Assembly (NCBI RefSeq): GCF_009914755.1
Contig: NC_060928.1
DNA length: 64,000 nt
Origin: the human T2T-CHM13v2.0 reference genome, Homo sapiens
Strand: one strand, 5' to 3'
Within the stretch, counting starts at the first letter, position 1; the number at the start of each line of letters is the position of its first letter. Position numbers and translations under genes: made by a program. Of the stretch, positions 23,822-35,570 are shown piece by piece. The notes beneath the pieces are model-generated. The model made no database searches, was not told the origin of the DNA, and saw nothing but the letters and a program-made list of their open reading frames with translations.

Positions 23822-25365
23822 CTGGTGTATAAAATACTTCTTCATGAGAATTATCTGGTAGGAAGGGATAAGGACATCGGTGGGGGACTGTGTTTTCCTT
23901 TCATACAACTCACATCTCACAAACAAAAGGGGAGAAAATCTCCACCACCCACACAACCCAAGTTCTTCATTTTGCCCTTTAACACGTTCTAGTGACTCTT
24001 CATGGTAAAATACAATTCAGGCTGGAAACCAAGCCCTGTTTCCTCATCTGGCAATTCTTTTGGTGGCTATTACATATATGTCTTGAAGTGAAGGAGAAAC
24101 ACTTCCTCTTTACAAAGCAAAACACACACCCGCTCCTCACCCACACACTTTTCTTCTTCAGGTGTTTTTTTCATTTCTGAAAAAGCACATTCACCTTCTT
24201 GAGACTCTCTGGAAGAGCAAAGTTGTTATGCTGGAAGAGTGAACCCACAGATGCCCCAGCCACGGCTCCAAGGTATCCCACTCACAGCCTTCAAGCCAAC
24301 TCCCAGTGCTAGACAGTACAAGAAGCCAAGCCAAGAACTTCTAGGGGTAGCAGCCACATCTCAAGAGCTCCAGAATCTGTTGGGCAATGCAAAGCCCTCT
24401 CTATTACATGTAAAATTCCAGAAAGCCCATTTGATGAAAATAAGATTACATTTCACTGTTAAGGCCATTTCATTGCCTTATGTGTTTAAAACGTATTTGG
24501 AAATACAATGTGTGGTTTGAGAATGCAGGCTGCGGTATGTTCCCATCCCTCGTTCTTCCTTTACTTGATGGACAGCCCTTCAACAGATTTTTTGACTCCC
24601 AGGGCTGATGAGAGAGAGGTGAGGGAGTGAGCAGCAAGGGGGCGGGGAAGAGCTGGCACTTCAGGAGGCAACTTCCAGTTGCTTTATTTCTTCAGAATTT
24701 AAGAAACCACTCTAATGAGCCCAGTCCTCCCCAATAAAACCAGTCGCCTCTTATATCCTGGCTGCTCCATATTAAACTGGCACAGAAGCACTTAACCTGC
24801 TAGATCGCCTTTCTCCAGACACCTGCCCAAGCAGCAGACTAAACAAACAGGGATTCTCCACTGCGCAAAAGTTGGCTTCTTTCACTAGGTCTCCCATCTG
24901 TTAAAAAGCCATTGTCTGAGAAAGTGTTCAGCTAGCTGGAGAGCGAGAGTGATTGCATACTGAACTGCCCCCTTTTCCCCATAAAAAGTCCTCTTTAGCA
25001 TTTTCTTTTCTCCCCGGTTTTCATTGCCTGATTTATTCATTGGTTTCACCTCTTCTCCCCTCCCCCTTGGTTCGGGAGGAGAGCCTCCTTGTCTTCGGTT
25101 TCTGAGGGGTCATGTCTTTTCAGTCACTAGGACAATACCCGCTGCTGGCATCTGCTTCCAGATCCAATCAGCCATATTGTGAACACATCCTGCCAGAGAA
25201 TTGTTCCTCCTTTTGCTCGGCTTTGTTGCCAATTTCATGCCATGTATTGCTCCATGTTTTGTGCTTCATGAAGCTGTCACAGGCATAAAAGTGGTCTGAC
25301 CAGGGTCGTAGTAAAAGGGGTGGGAATGAAACATCCACCAAAATGTTGAGCAGGCCACCCACAGT

Positions 25366-25366
<1 letters not shown>

Positions 25367-25398
<32 letters not shown>

Positions 25399-25665
25399 AC
25401 ATGCTCACACACCCACACCCATATGCAGCCCACACACACACTCATACACAATCCACACTTACCCAGTCCTCACACTCACACCGAGCACACATACACACAC
25501 AGTACACACACTCCCAGAACCCACACACAAACACACACACTCCACACATGCACAAAGTATACACAATCCACATACACTCACAATTCACACACACAATACA
25601 CAGTCCCTCCCAGGACACACACGCAATTTGCACATATTTATAACATAAACACAAACTCACACACA
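25367..25665. repeat. (CA)~15 microsatellite followed by ~270 bp of degenerate CA-rich low-complexity sequence
   Basis: Directly visible. It accounts for the His/Thr- and Cys/Val-rich ORFs here. Confidence 0.95.
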
Positions 25666-26649
25666 TTTGGGGCTCTCACCCATTTTCTTTTCTTTCCCCC
25701 AAGATTTCATTGGTACCCTTGTGAGATACTTTGTGTTCCCCAAGGGGGATAAACAGTTTTACAAGGAGTCAAAGAGTTTGGCTCCCTTCATAATGATAAG
25801 GAATATACTAAGTTGAGGGAAGGGGTGTCTTGAAAGTTAAAGAAAGAGTTCAGGGTTTTTTGTTTTTCTTTTTCCTCTGAGGTGTTTCTTATTACATGTA
25901 AAATAGCAATAATCCCTTAGTGCACAATCTTAAAAACATACCACAAAATACTTTAAAAAGTAAATTAAATTACTCCAGATTTAAAGAACATGATAAAACC
26001 CATATTCATCGATCCTCCTTTTGGGGACATTAACCTCTCATAAAGAACAACAATATACAATTATAGGAAAACATGTCAACAAAAACGTGAAAATTATCCT
26101 CTTGGATTTGGAAGAAGGTGCCTATAAGTCTCCTCCTCTCCAAGTTATGATTCCTGGGTACAGGAGTATCACAATTTATCAAGAGGCTCTTTGTAAACTC
26201 TGGATTCGCCTGCCAGAGCACAAAAGACTAAACTCCATTGCAAAGCATTTCTGAAACACAGGCTTCAGGAAGAAGGGGAACTGGGGTTACTGGTCCCATC
26301 ACCCAGAGCCCACTGATTGAACTGGGTCTAACTGCTGGCTGCCAGCCAGCCTGAAGGGAAGTTGCATTTCTCCTTCATGTCATAAGTCAAGGGGAAAAAG
26401 GGAGGGAAAATGGATATCAAAAACTCAGAATCCTCACGGTGGAAATTTCATGGATGTTTTCTCATTTTATTTCTATGGCGAGTATTTGCTTATTTATTCC
26501 AAAAAGTTCTAGAGATTCTGAATGTAGCTTCTGTATAGTGTATTATATCTCTACTTATATTTTTCCATGTTTCTATCCCAGCACCATGAGCAGGTCCTCT
26601 TGCCTTTTTTTAGAAGAGCAATTTTGGGTTGTCGTTAAATGTCAAGGAG

Positions 26650-26842
26650 AAGGGTCATGTGAGCACACAGACAGGGTAATGGCAACCTCCTCATGCAAGG
26701 AGGAGAAGTCTTGGAATGAAATCTAACTTGGTGACACATTTATCTTGAACTTCCAGCCTCCAGAACTGTGAGAAATAAATTTCTGTTGTTTAAGCCACCC
26801 TATCTGTAGTATTTTGTTATGGCAGCCCAAGCTGACTAATAC
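26650..26842 (+). mobile_element. MLT1A/B-like LTR 3' part
   Basis: acttccagcctccagaactgtgagaaataaatttctgttgtttaagccaccc...gctgactaataca. Confidence 0.85.
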
Positions 26843-26950
26843 ACACCCCAAGATGTGGTAAATGACTAAAAGATTTGAGAGAGAAAGAGTAAAACAAGCA
26901 CTGTGTGCCACTGTCAAAAATGGGGTGCTACACTTTGTGGGCAAAGTGCC

Positions 26951-27310
<360 letters not shown>

Positions 27311-27484
27311 TTAACTTCTGAAAAGTAATTCATCAGGGTTTTCAGGAAAATAGAGCATGTCACTGCCAAAAAGTAATGTACGAAACCAAGACATAGGAAG
27401 CCTCACTCAAGGGAACTACTGGAAGTGTGCATTCACCCAGCTACCCTGGCAGGCTTGATTTTCTCTCAGTCGACCTTGATGTCC

Positions 27485-27910
27485 ACTATACATTGGTTGA
27501 GCATCTACTTTATGTTGGCTACTATGTTGACCCTGATACAATGATGAGTAAGTCACAGCCTCAGCACTCAAAGAGCTTTGAATCTGGTAAGGGAGACAGG
27601 CACTTACATCAAAACTCACAATGCAATATGACATAAAAATTGTTCTACAAAAATAGAGAGTGAGTAGGAAAAGCATTTTCCTTCTGCAAAAGCCAAAGGG
27701 ATCAAGGGAGCTGGCATGTTGAGTGAAGAGGGCGGATGTGCAATGGAGTCAAAATATAAGATACACAGTACTTAAAAGAAATGGGAGGATTAGAGAGAAG
27801 ATGTCAAGGTATAAAACAGATGAGGGACCACACTAAGAAATCACTTTCCATGGCACACAGGACTGAAGACTGAAGGGAGGAGACATAATAATGCTTTGGT
27901 TATATCAGTT
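27485..27910 (-). mobile_element. L2 fragments
   Basis: gttgagcatctactttatg...atgagtaagtcacagcctcagcactcaaagagcttt, antisense L2 3' end. Confidence 0.55.
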
Positions 27911-29685
27911 CAGAGGGAAAAGAAGATGACCTCTAATACCCAATTTCCTAAACTAACCCCCAAACACACCAGTTCTTTGCTTTTCTCATGACTTCATTAT
28001 TTCTAACTTTTTCAAGAGCCTTTTTGAAATTCTAAATGCATCCAATGTAACTACAGTCCAAAATGTGCCCTCTTTTTAGTTGTTTCATGAATTTTTCTTT
28101 CTTTCCTAGCCCTATAGTTTTTATTTATGTTTAATAAGGACACTAAGCCAGCAAGACTCGAAAGGGGGCCAGAGCCAGCTTTGTGCTCTGTGTGAGCGTG
28201 TATGTGTGTGTTAAACAATTTCATGGACATCTGTCATGCACAGTTAACTTTGCATTGCTGCATTTTAAGTGGTGGGCCCAGGCTTGGCTGGCAGTGATAA
28301 AGTAGCTGGCAGTTTTCAAAAAGCCACAGGATAACTGAGCATGAATCATAAAACACACTACTGTGTAGCAATATCCAAGTTCATTCAATGCAATGAAACC
28401 ATGCAGAGGCCCTTTATCCCCAGCTAATTATGTGGAAACGTCTAAGACAATAAAGCATCTGGTGGTCTTTCTTCCCCATTTCAATTTTTCTCAATATTGT
28501 GACAGGGGAAAGTATTGTGCCTTTCCCAGGGTAGTTGCAGTGAAGAGGAGTAAAAGCAAGGGTCAGGGAAGAGCAAATAGATGAATTTATAACTTTCTTT
28601 TTATTTATTCCTTCCCCATTGTTTCTCTGGAAGTCTTCCTGCAGGGCTGTATTTTGGGATCACTATTCTCATTGCACCCTGCTTGAATCCCCTTTTCTCC
28701 CCCTTTAAAAAAATACCACCCAAACTGCCAGACCTTCTATGATTCCCTGTTGCTGATGAGGCTTTCTCCCCCATGGGCATCCAGGAATATAAGTCTAAGA
28801 TTTATAATTATTCTCCAGACTCAGGTGAAAGGAAGGGTTCACGCTTCCAGAATGAAAGCTAATATGTGATTTCCTTTCTAGAAAAAGGTGATGAGAATGG
28901 TCACTATGATTAAAGTTTTCCCAGAGAGGATTCCCCATAATTGCCTTGCACATGGTTCTTTCTGCCATTCTCTTGAAAACACACACAAATGCCATGCGCT
29001 GTACTCCTGGGGGTTTTGATGAAAGCCCCTTTATAGCTATGCACTGCACAATGAGACCCAAGCCAGAGTCTGATGAGGTGACTAATTGGTACCACTAGCT
29101 TAAAAAGCTAATAAGTTAATTAGATTAACTTTGTTCATGTTTGCACAGGGCTTTGAAGAGGAAAACACCACAGGAGCCCTAAGCTTCACTGAATCAAGGT
29201 CCGATACAGCTCTGTGCTGGATAAAAGCTTTCCTTTGGAACAGCATGAGCTTCTTGTGGTTATATTCTATTTTGTTTTGTTCTAGTATTTAATTCCTCAG
29301 CCATCTCCCCATTATTCTCAAAACCCAAATTAGAGTGACATAATATGCCTTTAGTATCTTCCAGTGCAACACTTTCAGTCACAAATCTAAATTCCATTTA
29401 AAACCATTATGGAATGTTTTAATTTCCCCGCTGTCTCTGGGCATTATTGTGTCATAACATCCAAGTCATTTTTATGCTAACTTAAGAATCCAGCCAGATT
29501 TTTTTTTTCTATCCACAATTAGAAATAATCGCAGGAAAATTACCTGAGTGCTATGAGCATTCTCTTTGGTTTGTTTAATTTTCCCACACCTTAAAAATGC
29601 AGCGAAGCCCAGAGTCACAGTATTATAATTATTGTGGAATTTTAGCATTAAGCACATTTTTAACGCATTGTTGGCACCCCCTTTG

Positions 29686-30315
29686 TCAATCAATCAATTG
29701 ACTGATCTACCTACCTATCCATCCATCTATCCATCAATCTATTTCATGTATTAGGCAAACATTGAGCAATACACTAAAGTAATGCCCAGAAGATACAAAG
29801 ATGATGGAGACAGGAGTACGGCCCTCAAGGAACCTTTAATCTAGAACACATAATATCTCCTCTGGGTTAAGTACCTAAGAGCAGAGACAGGAAAGAGACA
29901 ACTGAGCTAGAGGACCCAGGGGAAGTTTCAACGACACGGTGGATTTTGAGCCAAATCTTAAGGAGTTTTGACTAGTGGAGATGCAGGAAAATATATTCCC
30001 TGGGTGAAAGAGCATAAACAAAGGTTCTGACAAAGGAGAGAGCACATGGCACATCCAATCAGCAAAAAATTACCCAGTATGGCTGGGGTACACTCACAGT
30101 GGGAAGTGAGGGATGGGGTGGAAAAAGCAGGATGGGATCAGATCACAAATTATCTTTCTCAGGTTTTTGGTTTTTGTTTTTGTTTGTTTGAGGAGGGAAG
30201 TAACATGAAAGGAAACAGTCAAGGAGAGACAATGGAAAGATCAATAAAGGCATTTTTAAATTGTCCTATAAAAAGCAATAAAGATCCAAACCAACGTGGC
30301 GGCAAAGGCTAATGA
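29686..30315 (-). mobile_element. L2 fragment whose tail has decayed into TCAA/TCTA/TCCA tetranucleotide repeats (29686-29742)
   Basis: gatacaaagatgatggagaca...gccctcaaggaacctttaatctag...ttttgagccaaatcttaagga. Confidence 0.6.
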
Positions 30316-30654
30316 AAGAGAAAGGGAAGAAAAAATATACATCAAATAGTCATGAGCTTTTTAAGTGAAAAAGTAAAAATAAAGTGTAGATTACAATCAA
30401 AATGGATAGCAAAATTGGATAAAATTACATTTTTTTATTTACAAAATTTTTTTACCTCTGTTGGTAGTTAAAAAGTGTTTGCTTAGGACTTTCATGACTT
30501 ACTTATTTTTCTCAATAATGGATATATATCGTTAGTAAATAAAAGATTTTAAATTTTGTCAACTAGTGTTAAGACAATAGCATCCCTAAGGTCTAAACTT
30601 AAAAAGTAATTCAGATAGAGTGGTTGCTTTGCTGAAACAAAAAAAGTATTAAGA

Positions 30655-30870
30655 CTCAGGGTGGTACAGTGGAAGAGTATGCATAGGAGTTGAAGGTGAG
30701 ACAACTTGAGTTTTTATTTCAGCTTCACAATATAACTAAGCATAATTTTAGGCAAGTTACTTAACTTCTCCAACCCTCGATTTTCTCATATATAAAATGA
30801 GGCAATAGTAGTACTTACCTTACAGGGTTCTCGTTAGGACTAAATGAAATGACTTGTATAAAGTGCCTAA
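30655..30870 (+). mobile_element. MIR
   Basis: ggcaagttacttaacttctc...ttttctcatatataaaatgagg...acttaccttacagggtt...aggactaaatgaaatga. Confidence 0.8.
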
Positions 30871-30877
30871 GAAGTGA

Positions 30878-31155
30878 TAGAAACCTGATTACTAAATGTA
30901 ATGTGGTATTCTGGATTGGCTGGTAGCCTGGAACAGAAAAAAGACACAAATGAAAAATATAAAAAATATAAATAAACTATAGGTGTTAGTTAAAAATAAT
31001 GTATCAATATTGACACATTAATTGTGGCAAATATATCCTAATGAAAGATAACAATAGGGAAAACTATGTGGAGTGGATGAGAACTCTCTGAACTATCTTT
31101 TCAATTTTTTTGTAAATCTAAAATTGTTTTTGAAAATAAAGCTTATTTTAAAATA
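30878..31155 (+). mobile_element. Old L1M 3'UTR end
   Basis: actaaatgtaatgtggtattctggattgg...gaactctctgaactatc...tgtaaatctaaaattgt...aaaataaag. Confidence 0.7.
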
Positions 31156-32084
31156 TGTTACTGAAAAAATTCAACTGGGCTCATTCCCATTAAACAATGG
31201 TATAAATTTAAAAGAAGCTAATGAGAGTAGGGATTTTTTTTTGATAGGGGTAGGGGGCTGTTTTATCTATTAATGTAACCCTAGAGCTTATCATAGCATA
31301 CAGATGGCACTCCATAAATACTTGCTGAATGGATTAAAACAAAAATAATCAAAAACTTTTTAAGGAACATAAAGGGACTCAAGGTTTCTGCTATTCTCCG
31401 CTTTTCTATTTTCTCCACTTGTTTGTTCTACTAGTTTTTTTGTTTGTTTGTTTTTGTTTTTTGTTTTTGGCATGCTTTCCATTGAGGAAACAAATTTCCT
31501 TGAGTAAGATGATATTGGGCATTTTGAAACCTTTCTAGGTGCTTCAGCCAATTTATTCATTAATGACTCCATGTGCAGAACATTGTGTGTGTTGGTACAT
31601 CTCTTTTCCACCCAATGCTCTTAAAGACATTAGGATAGAATTCATACTAGAAGTACTTCAGGTCCGTGCTAACTAAGCCTTTCCAAGGAACAAGTCACCT
31701 AGACTCAAGCTAACTCTACATAATGTCAAATAGCTGATGGTTCAGTAGGACTTCCAGATATTCACAAATCACTAGAGGTGTCTGATTACAATGTTTAAAT
31801 ATTTCTATTTTTGGTAGCGTCCTTAGTGATTGATAATTTTCTGTTTAAAAGATCAGTTGCTTTGCTAGTATGTTTAGAGATGAATAAAACTTTATATTCT
31901 TATTTGTAACCCAGTGTTTTAAAACTTAAGGTTAAAGGGTATACTTTCAAGGTTCAATTCTTCCAGCTGAATAAACTCGTCCTTTTCACTGAGACTCTGA
32001 GGAAGTTTAAATCTAAGCAACTGAAAAAGAATAGAAGGCAAACTGTTGAAATGAAGAAAATCTAGAAGACAAGACTCTGAGATA

Positions 32085-32570
32085 TTTTCTTTTTTAAAAC
32101 ATAATTTTGACTTTTAGATTCGGGGGGGTACAAGTGCAGGTTTATTACATGAGTATATTGTGTGATGCTGAGGTTTGGGGTATATAGATGATCCTGTCAC
32201 CCAAGTAATGAGCATAATACCCAACAGGTAGTTTTTCGACCGTTACTGGTCTCCCACCCTCCACCCTCTACTAGAACCCAGTGTCTATTGTTTTTAACTT
32301 TATATCCATGAGTACCCAATGTTTATCTCCCACTTAAAAGTGAGAATATGCAGTATTTGATTTTCTGAGTTAGTTCACTTAGGATAATGGCTTCCAGCTG
32401 CATCCATGTTGCTGCAAAGGGCATGATTTCATTCTTTTTTATGGCTGCATAGTATGCCATGGTGTACAGGTGCCACATTTTCTTTATCCAGTCCACCACT
32501 GAGGGGCACCTAAGTTTTTTCTGTGTTTTTGCTGTTGTGAATAGCACTGAAATGAACACACATGTGCATA
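32085..32570 (-). mobile_element. L1 3' end (L1PA15/16-like), 5'-truncated
   Basis: ORF 32323..32559(-) matches the ORF2 C-terminus (CPSVVDWIKKMWHLYTMAYYAAIKKNEIMPFAATWMQLEAIILSE), followed by 3'UTR. Confidence 0.9.
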
Positions 32571-33059
32571 TACAATGTGAGATGTCTGAATTATTGGGCT
32601 AAAGTGGCGTTAAAAATCATTTCCCATGTCATGAAGGAGGAAATATTAAAAAGAGTGGTCATTAGCTGTCTAACTTTGGTGATTTCTATAAGTCAAAAGG
32701 AGATCAGAGCATCCTAAAATGTTAGATGGGACTTAATCATTTAGTTCTTGGCAGATAAGGAACTAGTCCAGATACAAAAAATAACATGCCCAAATAGTTT
32801 GCTAGCAACAATATAAGCAGGTACCCCAGTAAGAACTACTATGAATCTACTGGATGCACTTCTCATGTTGTCACAAGCTACAATCTACTAAACTAAGTAT
32901 TACTTATTAAGCATAGTCTATAATGGCAAGGAATACATTCTTTTTTCAGATCTGCTTTTCTATCTTTTGCTAAATTAATCTTTTTTTAAGGTTAACCTCA
33001 ACATTGTGCATTATTGAAACTAGGAATACACATGAATATGTGTATGTATATAAACACAA

Positions 33060-33420
33060 ATATGTCTACATTGGTATAGGAAATGTCTGCACTTCCTGCT
33101 TCCACTTTTCTACTTTTCTCATTTTTTTCAATAATCCTCTGAGTTTTGCTTCCACCTCTACCATTCTGCATTCTCTGAGGTCATTACTAGCGTCCTAGGT
33201 AACAAATCTCTAGGCTTTTCTCCATCTACATTCCTTCCAGCTCTTCTCATTCATCACTGTTGATCGTTTCTTCCTTTTTGAAATGCCTAGTTCCTGGTCA
33301 TGATACTAAACCCTCTAGGATTTTTTCTGCTTTATCTCTACTCTTTCTCACTCTCCACAACTGCTTTTCTTCCTCCATTCTTTAAATGTTAGTGTTCCAT
33401 CCTTAGTCCATCCCAGATTC
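33060..33420 (+). mobile_element. L2 internal fragment
   Basis: acttcctgcttcc...tcactgttgatcgtttcttcctttttgaaa...tctttaaatgttagtgttcc. Confidence 0.5.
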
Positions 33421-33639
33421 ATCTTCCACAACAGCATCTTCACCTCTTAACAGCAGCGCCTTCAAACATACAATCAGCATGTAGTGCCTTTCTTTCTTCC
33501 TTCACTAAAACTCTACTTTTCTCCTCAAGACTCAGCTAAAACACTATGAAAGTGTCTCTTTTATTGATATTACAAACCCTGCTTTGTACTCCGAGAGCAT
33601 GAATTCTTGTTATGTGCTAATGAAACACAGAGAAGGCTG

Positions 33640-33850
33640 TCTACAGTAGTGGATGAGTGAGAGATCAGGAGTCAGACTGCCGGCTTTTAAATCTTGCTCT
33701 TCCGTGATTGTGTCTCAGCTTCCTCATCTGTGAAATAGGGATAACAGCAGTATTGATCTCCTGTATTTAGTGGGGATTAAATGAATTAATATATGTAAGA
33801 AATATAGAACAGTGCCTGAGACATACTTAATTCTCAATAAATGTTAACAA
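33640..33850 (+). mobile_element. MIR
   Basis: ggagtcagactgcc...ctcagcttcctcatctgtgaaatagggataac...gattaaatgaattaatatatgtaa...agaacagtgcctg. Confidence 0.85.
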
Positions 33851-34009
33851 GAGTTATCGTAGCATGTTACCATAATAAGTTAAAATTATTTATGTGTCTA
33901 ACTTTGTTACTAACATATGATAACTTTGAGGACAGAAGCAAGTCCCAGTCAACATTCTATATCCAACTGTTACCACAGAGCAAATAATAGGTGCGTAAAC
34001 TGTTTGTTG

Positions 34010-34340
34010 ATTGAGTATAGTACTTAGGTGAGAATAAATGGAGAATGAAATAAAAGTGATATTGATCTGGGAGTATACTACAGTTCCCCTATCCAGGCAG
34101 AAAGTATATAATGCTTCTACAATAAGGATTGCAAAGCTACCAAAAAGGAAAAATGAAAACGTCGTAAGAGACTTCAACTACCTGAAGAGCTGCCAGAGAA
34201 TACAAATGCTGAGAGCAGGGCATCAGAGAGGAACTGCCTTACCTGAAACACAGAGGAGAAAGAAAGAAATGAGAACTACAAATGTAATTTAGACCAACAG
34301 GAAAGAACCATTTGGAAATATAAAATAGCTGGAATTTGAG
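34010..34340 (+). mobile_element. CR1/L3 LINE fossil, endonuclease-coding region
   Basis: Manual translation gives *VRINGE*NKSDIDLGVYYSSPIQ, then after a frameshift VVRDFNYLKSC. These parallel the CR1 motifs WV-I-G...GVYYRPP and VVMGDFNYPDICW. Confidence 0.7.
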
Positions 34341-34629
34341 ATGAATTAAAATTGGCAAAGATATATTTTGCAGCTATCACAAACTCCCAAATATTGTATT
34401 TTCCGCTCTTTTGTCACCTATATCTTTCTACTTTTCTTTGTAATTAAATTACCTTCTAATTTTTTTACTTTTACTTTCTACTTTTCTTTTTAATTAATTA
34501 TAATTTGTAACTAATAAATGAAACTTCTTTTGGATTGTTACTATTCAAAGGGAAATATCATATCTTCCACATCTTCGCTTCTCTCACAGCCTGTAAGCCA
34601 GTACCTTTCACCCAGGAATCAGTAAATTT

Positions 34630-35260
34630 TTACTGACTGACTAAATCAGAGGAAACGATGGGGAAATATACATGGAAAAGAAGGGGGCATATGAGTGTCA
34701 ATTTGCTGGTGAAATCTGAAGAATCTGATGATTTTTTAGATATGCTATGGTAAGGAGGAGAAAATAATTTTAAAAGACCAAGAATTCTGGTCTTGGTGAT
34801 TAAGAGAATCGGGCACTTTTTATAGGAATCAGATGTCATTTCAAGGCATTGGTTTCAGAAGCAAGGAGATAAATGTGGCTCACCCTTGCCGATTGTGGGT
34901 GTTTGGTGAAATATACAACAGGAAAAATCCAGGCCATGGCTGACTGGATGATTCTAAAGCCCAGAGAAAGACTGCAACTAGATCTTCTAGAAAAAGCAAC
35001 TAGAGATGAAGGAAGAGTTGGTATTGTGAGTATTACAGAGGGAGTCAGGGAGAGAAAGAAGTATCTTGAAGTACAAGGTCAACCATGTCAAAGGCACCAG
35101 CCTCAGAGGAAGCTGAGAAAAGATGAAAAAAAGCCATTCACTCTTGTAGAGAGAAAGTTCAGGAGCTTCATAGAAGCATTGTAGCCACTAAGAAAGGCTA
35201 AGGTACTCAGAAGCCTTAAGAAGATAAAGACAGTGGGTTTGGACCACTTTAAAAAATAGG
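34630..35260 (-). mobile_element. Highly degraded L2 fragment
   Basis: Purine-rich antisense L2-like phrases (gaagaatctgatgattttttagatatg, aggaagctgagaaa). Confidence 0.4.
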
Positions 35261-35394
35261 AACCAAAGAGAAAGGACCTATCACCTGTTCATGGTATGAA
35301 TGGATGAAAAAGGGAAGCGATCAAATGAATGGCTCCACTCAGGTGTGGATTAGAGCCACAAGACAGAAAAGACTCAGATGAACTACCAAATATT

Positions 35395-35570
35395 TGACCT
35401 AGGAGGGACTTTCTAGAGAGCATCAAGTTCAACTCTCCAACATTAGGTAGGAGGAAACCCTGAATAGTTAAGTAGCTAGTTCAAAGTCATCCAGCAAGTT
35501 AGTGTCAGGATCAAGATTCAAATGAAGGTCTCCAATCTCCTAGTTGGGTGATCTTTCCGCTATATTGCCT
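35395..35570 (-). mobile_element. MIR/MIR3
   Basis: ggaggaaaccctg...gttaagtagctagttcaaagtcatccagcaagttagtg. Confidence 0.6.

Noticed and set aside
25168-25752. His/Thr-rich and Cys/Val-rich ORFs
   Set aside because: Translations of the CA-rich low-complexity tract.
29668-29688. CTCF-like motif (tgacaaagggggtgccaa on the minus strand)
   Set aside because: It mismatches the core CCAC/CCAG positions and cannot be supported without a PWM score or ChIP data.
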